From contig CAKUXX010000006.1 in the NCBI GenBank assembly GCA_934702355.1, positions 73,776-137,775 of the forward strand: a DNA stretch of 64,000 nucleotides. Reading direction: 5' to 3'. This DNA comes from an uncultured Methanomassiliicoccales archaeon. Its GTDB lineage: Archaea > Thermoplasmatota > Thermoplasmata > Methanomassiliicoccales > Methanomethylophilaceae. The notes below the pieces were generated by a model. It was given only the letters and a program-made list of their open reading frames with translations. It was not told the origin of the DNA and did no database searches. Positions 37,854-46,502 of this stretch are shown here, one piece after another. The translations under genes were made by a program, and so were the position numbers. Every line of letters starts with the position of its first letter. Within the stretch, counting starts at the first letter, position 1.

Positions 37854-38861
37854 TCAGGTGTTCTGACTGACTGTCGTTATCCGCATTCCACCCTTCCGAT
37901 TCCGGATCTCCTCCAGGATGGAGATCATCGAATCCCAGTCGTCGATGCACGTCGCGAGCTTCAGGCGGTACTCGCGGCAGCGCTTGCATCCGATGATGAA
38001 ACGCGGGGCGATGCTCCGCATCTTCCTGACGGCCACGTCTTCTCCCTTTTCCTCGAAGACCATCTCCGCAAGCTCGATGCACCAGTCGATCTGCTGCGAT
38101 ATGGTGGGATTCGGAAGGACGGTCTTCTCGTGGATCAGACTGCCGATCTGCGTCAGAAGATACGGGTTGCCGATGCCTCCGCGGGCGACCATGACCCCTT
38201 CGGAGCGGGTCAGTTCCATGGCCTCCTTGGCATCGTCTGCAGAGTAGATGTTCCCCGAGATGATCAGCGGTACGGACATGCGCTTCCCGAGGCCTTCCAC
38301 AAGTTCGTACCTCGGATATCCTGCGTATCTGTCCTTCACGGTGCGTGCATGGAGGGATATCGCATCTACATCTGCCGATTCCAGTTCGGATATGACCTCT
38401 TCGAAGTTCAGGGCCTCCAGGTTCTGTCCTAGACGGATCTTGGCTGTCACAGGGATGTCGACGGCTTTCTTGACACGGCGGACCATCTCCCCGCACATCT
38501 TTGGATCGGACATGAGTGCAGAGCCGGAGCCGCTGCGTATGACCTTCTCGACAGGACAGCTCATGTTGATGTCGAAGAAATCGATGTTCGGGTTGAATTT
38601 CAACGCGGCAGATGCGGCGGATGCCATGCGGTCCGGGTCGCTGCCGAACAGCTGCAGGCCGGTGACGGGGAGGCGGTCGAACTCGAGGTATTCCGATCTG
38701 CAGGAGGGGTTGTTGAGAACGGCGCTGTCGGACGTCATCTCGCTCATGACGACGGATGCTCCGAATGGCTGCATGAACTCCCTGTAGCTTCTGAAGGTGT
38801 ACCCCGACATGGGGCCCAGGACCACGGGTCCGGGGATTTCCAGATCGCCGATCTTCCACAT
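37854..38861 (-). CDS. dus: tRNA-dihydrouridine synthase
   Basis: VLGPMSGYT.., DINMSCPV (catalytic Cys), VTAKIRLG, HARTV. Confidence 0.9.
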   Translation of the reverse strand: MWKIGDLEIPGPVVLGPMSGYTFRSYREFMQPFGASVVMSEMTSDSAVLNNPSCRSEYLEFDRLPVTGLQLFGSDPDRMASAASAALKFNPNIDFFDINMSCPVEKVIRSGSGSALMSDPKMCGEMVRRVKKAVDIPVTAKIRLGQNLEALNFEEVISELESADVDAISLHARTVKDRYAGYPRYELVEGLGKRMSVPLIISGNIYSADDAKEAMELTRSEGVMVARGGIGNPYLLTQIGSLIHEKTVLPNPTISQQIDWCIELAEMVFEEKGEDVAVRKMRSIAPRFIIGCKRCREYRLKLATCIDDWDSMISILEEIRNRKGGMRITTVSQNT

Positions 38862-39423
38862 TTTCAGGGCGGCTATGGGGGAGGATGCTATAAGAGGTGC
38901 GTTCGGCCGAGACTGTTCTCCCTTGTTTCAAGCGGTCATTTTGCACAAAATGGGTGAATTCCATCATTTTTGCTCCCCGATCTTGTATCCTGTCAGTCCT
39001 TAGTTTGAAATTCCGCTAATTTTTTCCATTTTATCAAAGTAAGGAGAAACGGTTCAAGGAGTGTACGACCCTTGAAACGTCGATTTTTCAGACATATAGG
39101 TTGCAGAGAGTATGCTCAGTTTTTACTTCGATGACGTCAAAATGGAACTGGGTACTACTGTAGCGATATGAAATCGTCGTTATTGCATAGGGTATGAATC
39201 CAGGTCAGCCTAGTTGTGGGGGTAGAACTGGGGGAGGTAGAGTACTGTTGAAAAGTTCTAGCATCACATAACAATGCAGTATGTCGCAGGTAGCGACGGA
39301 TGCATTCCTGAATGGATCCTCGGCTTCTGTTCAAGATGCCAATTTGGAATCTTGAATATTCTTCACCCGCAGCTGAAAACAGAATATGGGTGGTAGATGG
39401 GATTGTTACGCGCCATTACCAAA

Positions 39424-39470
39424 TGGCATAAGAAATGGCATAAGAAGTGGCATAAGAAGTGGCAGTGAAG
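39424..39470. repeat. 12-nt tandem repeat TGGCATAAGAA(A/G), 3 full units plus a partial
   Basis: Units at 39424-39435, 39436-39447 and 39448-39459, plus a degenerate TGGCAGTGAAG. Related copies: GGATAAGAATGG (39643-39654) and GGTATAAGAATGA (40311-40323). Confidence 0.8.
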
Positions 39471-39651
39471 TTGAGATTACGCCAATCGTCAGCAATTATC
39501 TTTTTCCGATTTTTCGAAACAGTAATGTCAATCATCCCAAAAACTTGTAAAGGATGCTTCAGAGACCCTTTTTTCATGCTCCGCAAAGGGGTGTAATTCC
39601 AATAATCCGATAAATCGTAAGTGGCATTCCGCCGAGAAGTATGGATAAGAA

Positions 39652-39672
39652 TGGTCCTTCCTCCCTGATTTG
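39652..39672. repeat. Imperfect direct copy of the 3' end of tRNA-Tyr (att-like)
   Basis: TGGTCCTTCCTCCCTGATTTG versus TGGTCCCCACTCCCTGATTTG at 40333-40353 (18 of 21 identical). Both are preceded by an ATAAGAATG motif. Confidence 0.6.
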
Positions 39673-40353
39673 CTACTTGGCATTTTTGTCAATTCAATCA
39701 CCCAATCCGACTCTGCGCCGTAATTACGAGGATGGAGACTCGCATTATATGGATGTCATCAGAGAGAAGATATCCATTGCCCGTAAGGATTGATGGCCAC
39801 CCTTGGCAGCCGAGCTTACGGGTCTTATCAGGATACTTTTCGGTTGTTCATCAAACTATTTAAATGGTCCTACCAACCGATTCAATATTCGTTGTATGTT
39901 GGGACTTTGAATCTACTTGAGGATATGGCCACTGTCCAAATTACAAGCAGGATTAAAATCGACGGGAGAAGACACCCCTTCCGAAACCGCTTTGTAAATT
40001 GCTTTCTCGGTCCATTTTGTGGATTCGCCAAGGGCAAGACTGTATACGTCTTCAGGATTGAATCTGTTTATGTCGCAATCTTTTTCAGACTGTTCATACG
40101 ACGAAGGATCCGACCGATATACAAACAGATCGAGAGATGGGGAACGGATGGGAGGGGCTGTACCGATCAGATGCGGCACTCCCAGCTAATACGTTCAAAG
40201 GGAAAACGTGTTACTTCAGAAGAATGTACAAATGTGTCGATTTTAAGGTACTGACGCCATTGATGGCAATCGATGGGGCGCCTATAAGGTTTAAATTCAG
40301 AAATAAACCAGGTATAAGAATGAAGAAGGTAGTGGTCCCCACTCCCTGATTTG
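39652..40353. mobile_element. Possible relic of an element integrated at tRNA-Tyr (no intact genes)
   Basis: Segment bounded by the tRNA 3' end and its degenerate copy. It is AT-rich and contains only short, stop-ridden ORF fragments. Confidence 0.3.
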
Positions 40354-40444
40354 AACAGGGGACCTGCTGATTTCAGCGGCTGCATCGGTTTCTTCCGAAA
40401 ACACTCTACAGTCAGCCGCTCTGGCCAGTCTGAGCTAAGTGGGG
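40333..40444 (-). tRNA. tRNA-Tyr (anticodon GUA) with 34-nt intron at 37/38; CCA encoded
   Basis: Acceptor stem CCCCACT/AGTGGGG (C1-G72), D arm GCTC..GAGC, anticodon stem GCTGA/TCAGC with loop CTGTAG|intron|A, T arm CCCTG-TTCAAAT-CAGGG, discriminator A plus CCA. Confidence 0.85.
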
Positions 40445-40467
40445 ATTAATTTTGGGGATATCGACCA

Positions 40468-40478
40468 TTTATTTAAAT
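40468..40478 (-). promoter_or_regulatory. Candidate TATA box for tRNA-Tyr
   Basis: ATTTAAATAAA on the minus strand, centred about 27 nt upstream of the tRNA 5' end. Confidence 0.5.
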
Positions 40479-40500
40479 CTACTTGTAAGCAGAAAGTGAT

Positions 40501-40836
40501 TCACAGATAATCCGTGAATCCGGACATGTCCAGGACGTCCTTCACGCTTCCGCTCGCATTGATTATGGCCAGCTTGTTGTCGCGTCCGGTAGCCTTGTCG
40601 AGGGACAGGATGGCCCTAAGCCCGGCGCTGGACAGGTAGCTGACATTCTCCATATCGAGAGTCGCAGACCTTCCTCTGCATTTCTCTGTAGCGGTTGCCT
40701 GGAAATCGGGCGATGTGATGGAATCGAGCCTTCCTTTCATCTTGATAAGGATCCCGTCCTCATTCTCTATGTACGTCACTATGAGGGGCTCATCTTGCTT
40801 TCTCATTCCGAACATGGGCGATACCAATGGGTTCAT
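40501..40836 (-). CDS. STAS-domain anti-sigma-factor antagonist-like protein (SpoIIAA/RsbV type)
   Basis: 111 aa. The VSYLSSAGLRAIL block holds the phosphorylatable Ser context, followed by LAIINASGSVKDVLDMSGF. Confidence 0.85.
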   Translation of the reverse strand: MNPLVSPMFGMRKQDEPLIVTYIENEDGILIKMKGRLDSITSPDFQATATEKCRGRSATLDMENVSYLSSAGLRAILSLDKATGRDNKLAIINASGSVKDVLDMSGFTDYL

Positions 40837-40866
40837 GAACCCATAGGTTAAACTGATTTCGGAAAA

Positions 40867-41715
40867 TCAGTAGCCTTCTATGCCTGTGGCACCCTGCGAT
40901 CTGATCAGCGTCTCCATGAGCTTCTCCTCATATTTCCACTGACCTTTCACATGGTTTCCGAATCTGATGTTGGAGAGGATGATGATAACCACTGAGTAGA
41001 ATCCGAGAGTAACAACGAACAGTACGGTGTTGATCACCGGATGAAGATTGCCTGTGCATCTCCTCATCGGTTCCACAGCTATCCCGGCACGGCGGAGCTC
41101 TTTGGACATCGCTTCTGTGAACTCGCACTGGAGCTTGTCGTGCTTGCTGGGGAATCTGGACACGGAACCTGCGGTGATAAGGTACTGTACGATCACAAGT
41201 GCGTAGCATGCCACATAGATCGCTGTGATGTGGGTGTCCATGATCCCGACCCTGTGGTACGACATGATGCCTATGGCGCAGATGTACAGCGCGGTGAATG
41301 CCCATATGGCCATGGATGCCCCGTTGTTGATCTTGGTCGTCAGCATGTCCGCCTCCTTGGATATGCGCCTCATATCCGCACTGTTCCCGCCGACGCTGTC
41401 GACGTAGTCGCAGAGCGAGGACATCCATTCGACGTCGCGGCGCATATGGCGTTTCGAACGGCGGCTCATGAACAGGAGGATGAAGCTGATCATCCCGCAT
41501 TCCACCGATGCCACGATCGCATAGGCTATCTCGCCGTCGGTGCGGATATCGAAGATGTCCGGATGACTCGACGATGCGTACGATGTCATGACGAGGCCGA
41601 ACAGGACGGGCACGAGCATCGATGTGATGAGAAGTGTTGTGCGGGTGACTGAGTCATATCTTCCGCGGTTGATAACGCAGTCCACGAACCGGTCGGCGGC
41701 ATCGTTCCTTGCCAT
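40867..41715 (-). CDS. Polytopic membrane protein, uncharacterised
   Basis: 282 aa with about 5 TM helices and cytosolic charged loops. Co-directional with the STAS gene and 30 nt upstream of it. Confidence 0.6.
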   Translation of the reverse strand: MARNDAADRFVDCVINRGRYDSVTRTTLLITSMLVPVLFGLVMTSYASSSHPDIFDIRTDGEIAYAIVASVECGMISFILLFMSRRSKRHMRRDVEWMSSLCDYVDSVGGNSADMRRISKEADMLTTKINNGASMAIWAFTALYICAIGIMSYHRVGIMDTHITAIYVACYALVIVQYLITAGSVSRFPSKHDKLQCEFTEAMSKELRRAGIAVEPMRRCTGNLHPVINTVLFVVTLGFYSVVIIILSNIRFGNHVKGQWKYEEKLMETLIRSQGATGIEGY

Positions 41716-41760
41716 GAAGGGGGAGAATCGTTTATCAAATATGAATCCAGTCCAGGTCTG

Positions 41761-42327
41761 ATGTCTGCATCCGGAGTCAAAGGCATAAGCGATAACATCG
41801 GCGACGCTGTTTCATCGCTGGTCGACAGGGCGGTATGTCCGATGGCGCTCAGGTTCGCAGAACTGTTCATGATGGTCATCATCGGGATCTATGTCGCCAA
41901 GCTACTGGTCCTCGGAATGGGATTCTCGTCCGGATACGGTTTCCGCGAAGCCGCTCTGATATCGTTCGTGATGGACGTCGCCCTGATGTTCATGACGGTC
42001 GATTCTCTGCTGACGCTGTCCACGGCCGATTCCAGGTCGTGGAAGAAGGCCGTCCGCGCAGCCGTTCTGCTAGTGGTGGTCAATCTCCTGTATCGCGCAG
42101 GATTCTCCGCAACGGCCGCCGGAGTGATATCGTTCAATCCGATCATGATAATCATCGTCTCGGCAATGGTCATCTGCTGTCTCTTCCTGCGCCAGGTCCG
42201 CGAGCATTTCGTCCCGCCCGGACTCGAGATGCCGCCTCTGAGATCATGGGTCGCGTTCGCCGCGTTCTGGCCCCTTTTCCCCTCGGAACACTACCGCATG
42301 GCGTTCGACAGGGCTGAAAAGGACTGA
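41761..42327 (+). CDS. Polytopic membrane protein, uncharacterised
   Basis: 188 aa with about 5 TM helices. It lies 38 nt upstream of the RsbW-like kinase gene and diverges from 40867-41715 across a 45-bp spacer. Confidence 0.55.
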   Translation: MSASGVKGISDNIGDAVSSLVDRAVCPMALRFAELFMMVIIGIYVAKLLVLGMGFSSGYGFREAALISFVMDVALMFMTVDSLLTLSTADSRSWKKAVRAAVLLVVVNLLYRAGFSATAAGVISFNPIMIIIVSAMVICCLFLRQVREHFVPPGLEMPPLRSWVAFAAFWPLFPSEHYRMAFDRAEKD

Positions 42328-42365
42328 GTACCAACGCTCGGATTAAAGTATGAGGAGTTCATCAG

Positions 42366-42809
42366 ATGTCGATGGAGTCGGATAAACGCTCCCATTCAAG
42401 GTCGATTAACGTACCTTCCAAGGTCGATAATCTGTATGAGGTCCAGGATTTCGTGGACTCATGCCTTTCAGGCAGTTCGCCTTCCCATACCACTCTTCTT
42501 CAGCTTCAGCTGGTGGTGGAGGAGATCTTCATCAACATCGCGAACTATGCTTACAGACCTCCGGGCTCCGGCGACGTCAGCATATCATGTGCCGTGGAGG
42601 AGGACATGATGAAGGTCACGCTGACCTTCGTGGACTACGGTCCGCAATTCGACCCTCTGAAGAAGCCCGATCCCGACATAGGCGCACCTCTGGACGACCG
42701 CGACATCGGCGGACTGGGGATATTCCTTGTGAAGAACAATGTTGACGGCATACACTATCGTCGCGACAACGGGAAGAACATCCTCACGGTCGAGAAGTTC
42801 ATCTCATAA
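42366..42809 (+). CDS. Anti-sigma regulatory factor-like Ser/Thr protein kinase (RsbW/SpoIIAB, HATPase_c)
   Basis: LQLVVEEIFINIANYAY (N-box region), FVDYGPQFDP, DIGGLGIFLVKNNVD (G boxes). 147 aa. Confidence 0.85.
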   Translation: MSMESDKRSHSRSINVPSKVDNLYEVQDFVDSCLSGSSPSHTTLLQLQLVVEEIFINIANYAYRPPGSGDVSISCAVEEDMMKVTLTFVDYGPQFDPLKKPDPDIGAPLDDRDIGGLGIFLVKNNVDGIHYRRDNGKNILTVEKFIS

Positions 42810-44789
42810 GATCTCTTTTTCACGATCCTTCGGTTTCCCGTCGTATCTGAACATAAGCATCGTGACATCATCGAACTGCTCTGCATCGTTGGTGAATTCT
42901 GCGATATCCTTTCTGATGGTGGCTATCTGCTCGTCAAGAGGCTCACCTCTGTGTGCGTCGAGCAGTTCCATCAGGCGGTTGGTGCCGTAGAATCCCTGAT
43001 AGCCGTCGTTCGCCTCGGTCACACCGTCCGTATAGAGCAGTATGCAGTCGCCGACGGACATGTCCAGCTCGTATGTGGTGTACTGGACACCCTCCCTTGC
43101 GCCGAGGACCAGGGAAGGCTTGCACTGGACGAGCGATACCGGTTCCTCCGCACGGACGGACACGGGCGGATTGTGTCCCGCATTGCAGTATCTGAGGTTG
43201 CCTGTGGACAGCTCCATGATGCCCAGCCAAGAGGTGACGAACATGTTCTCGTCGTTGTTCCTGCAGAGGTTGATGTTGACCTTGGCCATGATTTCGCTGG
43301 GCTGCAGGCCCGGGCGGGACTGACTCTCGATGATCGATTTCGTGACGGCCATGAACAGTGCCGCGGGAACCCCCTTTCCGGAGACATCCCCGATGACGAG
43401 TCCGATGTGGTCCGTGTCGATCACGAAGAAGTCGTAGAAGTCCCCTCCCACATATCTGGCGGCGTCCATCGATCCTGCTATGGATAGGCCGGTGCCGTCC
43501 AGCGATCCGAAGTTCCTTGGGATGAACGATTCCTGGATGTTCTGTGCGACATCCAGTTCGGCCTTGTACTTCTCCTGGACGCTGTTCAGCGATTTGATGT
43601 CGTAGATGTACTCCTCGATATCGTCGGTCATCTTGGTCAGCGACCTCGCAAGACCTCCGATCTCGGTCTCGTTCTCGGTCAGCGGTGCGCAGAGTCTCTT
43701 GAACTCTATTCCTGAGTCCCCGTACTCATCATCGATGAAGTTGCGGGCGGCCGAGGACATCGTCTCGATCGGGACGGTGACGTTGCGCTCGAGATACCAC
43801 AGGAACGCCAGGGACGGAAGGAAGAATCCCACCAGGACGACGCTCATGTAGAATGTCGTCGCCTGTGCGTCGCTCAGACCGAACAACGGGGACAGGATGC
43901 CGACCCTCGTGCCTATGACGGTCGCGGTACACACGGCCATGCCGTAGATCAGCAGTATGGCGATCATGCGCTCTATCAGACTGCTGTTGAATGTGTTGAC
44001 GCGGAATCCCCAGACCATCTTGGTCTTCTCCGACGCGGTGGAATGCTCTATGGGGATCAGCAGGAACAAGCCCAGCAGTACGTAGAGACATGCCGCGGTG
44101 GTGAATATGGAGTCCACTTCGGGCCTGTATGTCAGATACGTTATCGGTGCCACTATGGCTATCAGCAGGCATATGTGGTACCATCTGCGGTCGATCCTCC
44201 TGCGGAAGTCGTCCGGGGTTCCGCCGAATTTGGGGGTGTAGAACCTGAATCCGAAGTACCTGAGTATGAGGATCCCGGACAGACCGAGCATCATGGACAG
44301 GGACATCGCGTTGAAGAACGTGGTGACGTCCATGATCTCGACGGTATGGGTTCCGTATTTGACGGAATCCGACACATTGCACACTATCGTATAGAGCACG
44401 GCCGATATCAACACGACGACCACGAACTTCACGACATTGTTCACAGAGTCGAGAACGGGCGGACGGTCGTCCTTGGTCATGTCAGTGCTGTACCACAGCC
44501 TGTACGGTATGTACGATATGAGCGAGATGTTGATGGTATCCAGCACGATCCCTGTCAGGCCGACGCCGGTCAGACAGTCGTAGACTATGTTGACTATGTT
44601 GATCCCGATGCAGGCGTATGGTCCGCATAGAAGGCCCGTGACGATGCAGATCGCCATCACGGAGGGGATGTATGACGGGATCAGAGATTCGATGATGCAG
44701 GTGCACACTGCCACAACCATTACGAATAGCGTTATCAGGACCTCGTGGTATCCGACGTAGTCGCTGACCTTCCTGTTCATAAGGTGCAT
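42804..44789 (-). CDS. Membrane sensor PP2C phosphatase (multi-TM domain, HAMP, SpoIIE/PP2C)
   Basis: About 10 TM helices, a HAMP-like linker (ERNVTVPIETMSSAARNF..GGLARSLTKMTDDI), then GGDFYDFF..IGDVSGKGVPAAL..NAGHNPP..LYTDGVTEA. Confidence 0.9.
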   Translation of the reverse strand: MHLMNRKVSDYVGYHEVLITLFVMVVAVCTCIIESLIPSYIPSVMAICIVTGLLCGPYACIGINIVNIVYDCLTGVGLTGIVLDTINISLISYIPYRLWYSTDMTKDDRPPVLDSVNNVVKFVVVVLISAVLYTIVCNVSDSVKYGTHTVEIMDVTTFFNAMSLSMMLGLSGILILRYFGFRFYTPKFGGTPDDFRRRIDRRWYHICLLIAIVAPITYLTYRPEVDSIFTTAACLYVLLGLFLLIPIEHSTASEKTKMVWGFRVNTFNSSLIERMIAILLIYGMAVCTATVIGTRVGILSPLFGLSDAQATTFYMSVVLVGFFLPSLAFLWYLERNVTVPIETMSSAARNFIDDEYGDSGIEFKRLCAPLTENETEIGGLARSLTKMTDDIEEYIYDIKSLNSVQEKYKAELDVAQNIQESFIPRNFGSLDGTGLSIAGSMDAARYVGGDFYDFFVIDTDHIGLVIGDVSGKGVPAALFMAVTKSIIESQSRPGLQPSEIMAKVNINLCRNNDENMFVTSWLGIMELSTGNLRYCNAGHNPPVSVRAEEPVSLVQCKPSLVLGAREGVQYTTYELDMSVGDCILLYTDGVTEANDGYQGFYGTNRLMELLDAHRGEPLDEQIATIRKDIAEFTNDAEQFDDVTMLMFRYDGKPKDREKEIL

Positions 44790-44805
44790 TCGATGCCCCT
44801 CCCCA

Positions 44806-45561
44806 TCATTGTATGTAGCTCAGATCCTCTTTGTTTTCAGATGCCTCACCCGGCCCTATGGATGCCCGGGAGGCCTCGTCTATCATGTCGGCATATTCGG
44901 AATAATCGTCGGTGTCCACATCGATCCCCAATAATGAATTGAGTGCATGGATGATATGCCTAGCGCTTCTATGGTCGATTATGTACCCCGACGTTTCGCC
45001 TATGAGGGCCATCGACGGTATGCTGTACCTCTGTCCGAAGGTGAGGAACAACGCAGTTGCACCGATGATCCCGCCCTTCGGTTCTTCGGGATAGAATCCC
45101 ACTCCGGCCGCTTCGAGTTCCGGTTTCAGCTTCGCATCGCTGACCACTCCGATCAGTCTCGGGCTGTCCTTGAGCTCTCCCGTGCCGTAGCCTCCAAGCG
45201 TGATTATCCTCGAAGGTTCGAATCTGAGAACCTCGTTGAAAAGGAACTCGGTCAGGTCATACTGACCCGAGGGGGTCGTCGCCTGGGATTCCCCTAGAAT
45301 GAATATTATGTCCCCTGCGTCCGTCTTCGCATGGAGGAGTTCGATGCAGATCGGCTTGGACACGGAATCCTCGTCGATGAGTATCTGTGGCGGGAGGTCC
45401 GAGGAATACACCCTTTCGAAGACCTCGGCGTTCAGTTTCTTCGCCATCAGGTCTGCGGCAAGCTTTCCGATGTTGCCGACTCCGGGCAGTCCCTCGATGA
45501 TGATGGGGGCCTCGATCTCGACCCGACGGATATGGTCAATCGAGTTTGCCATTTTCACCAT
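44806..45561 (-). CDS. PAC2-family proteasome assembly chaperone-like protein
   Basis: IIIEGLPGVGNIGKLAADLM..ILGESQ..ITLGGYG..GIIGATA, the pattern of archaeal PAC2/COG1938 proteins. Confidence 0.8.
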   Translation of the reverse strand: MVKMANSIDHIRRVEIEAPIIIEGLPGVGNIGKLAADLMAKKLNAEVFERVYSSDLPPQILIDEDSVSKPICIELLHAKTDAGDIIFILGESQATTPSGQYDLTEFLFNEVLRFEPSRIITLGGYGTGELKDSPRLIGVVSDAKLKPELEAAGVGFYPEEPKGGIIGATALFLTFGQRYSIPSMALIGETSGYIIDHRSARHIIHALNSLLGIDVDTDDYSEYADMIDEASRASIGPGEASENKEDLSYIQ

Positions 45562-45718
45562 ACCTCTCGAGAATTGTTCTTCTGCGGTATTCGCCCATGC
45601 GGTCCTCCGGGGAATACCTCGGAGGAATGGGGCATATCGTGTCGCATTTGCAATGCTTACACCGAAAAAGAAGAGTGTAGGTCCCGCAGGAGGGGCATTT
45701 CCTTATTTTGGAAGCCAT
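45536..45718 (-). CDS. nop10: H/ACA RNP protein Nop10
   Basis: MASKIRKCPSCGTYTL..CKHC..PPRYSPEDRMGEYRR. ATG at 45718 lies 1 nt after the aIF2-alpha stop. Confidence 0.85.
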   Translation of the reverse strand: MASKIRKCPSCGTYTLLFRCKHCKCDTICPIPPRYSPEDRMGEYRRRTILERYGENGKLD

Positions 45719-45719
45719 C

Positions 45720-46502
45720 TCACTTGCTCTCACGTTTGAGAACAGCGGTTCCGTTGTTGGATGTCAGATCCTCTATGGCGGCGGACGACACTTCCTTCAT
45801 GATCTCCTCTGCTTCCTTGTATTCGGCAGCATTGACGACCACTCTGTACTTGGGGCATCCTACGCAGGATATCTCGACATCGTAATCCTTGGCCACTTCT
45901 TCCGCGGCAAGGAGTGCGTGTTTGACAAGTTCCATTCCGTTGGGTGCGGAGGATGTGAGCTCGAGGATTCCGTCGATCTGGACGGACGGCGGGATCACGT
46001 TCTCCTTCGCAACCTCAATGAATGTGTCAAGCCAGTCGCCGGAGAACTCCTCTGTGAAGTCCTCTTCTTCGACGACAGCGGCTTCGAAGGCACTGTAGAG
46101 CGTTTCGTAAGTCTCCAGCAGGTCGTTTCCGAACATGTCGTAGGCGTCGTCTATGGAGATGTTCATCCTCTCGGCGACGATCTCCACGAGCTTCTCGGCC
46201 TTCTTCTCGTTCTTCCACTGCTGGATCTTCTCTCTCTTCTGGTGCTCGTTTACGGATTTCAGGGAAAGGTCGATGTGTCCTTTTGAAGAATCAACGCCCA
46301 GGACCTTACAGACAATCTTCTGTCCTTCCCTGATGTAGTCCCTGATGTACTTAACCCAGCCAGAAGCGACATCCCTGACATGGACGAAACCTTCTTTCTC
46401 GTCATACTCATCGAGTGTGACGAATGCACCGAAGTTCTTCACGTTCTTGACAGTGCATACGACGAGCTCGCCGTGCTCGGGGAAGCCCCTGACCCTAGAC
46501 AT
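45720..46502 (-). CDS. eif2a: Translation initiation factor aIF2 subunit alpha
   Basis: S1 domain (GELVVCTVKNVKNFGAFVTLDEY..GFVHVRDVASGWV) plus helical and alpha-beta domains. 260 aa. Confidence 0.93.
   Translation of the reverse strand: MSRVRGFPEHGELVVCTVKNVKNFGAFVTLDEYDEKEGFVHVRDVASGWVKYIRDYIREGQKIVCKVLGVDSSKGHIDLSLKSVNEHQKREKIQQWKNEKKAEKLVEIVAERMNISIDDAYDMFGNDLLETYETLYSAFEAAVVEEEDFTEEFSGDWLDTFIEVAKENVIPPSVQIDGILELTSSAPNGMELVKHALLAAEEVAKDYDVEISCVGCPKYRVVVNAAEYKEAEEIMKEVSSAAIEDLTSNNGTAVLKRESK

Noticed and set aside
39424-39470. CRISPR array.
   Set aside because: The units are only 12 nt, directly abutting with no spacers, and there are only 3-4 copies. This is a simple tandem repeat.
39790-40254. 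ORFs inside the AT-rich island: 39790-40254(+), 39913-40179(-) and 40167-40385(-).
   Set aside because: They are mutually overlapping. One runs through the tRNA-Tyr gene, one ends in TAG and is followed by further in-frame stops, and the compositions are not protein-like. I treat them as possible gene relics, not CDS.
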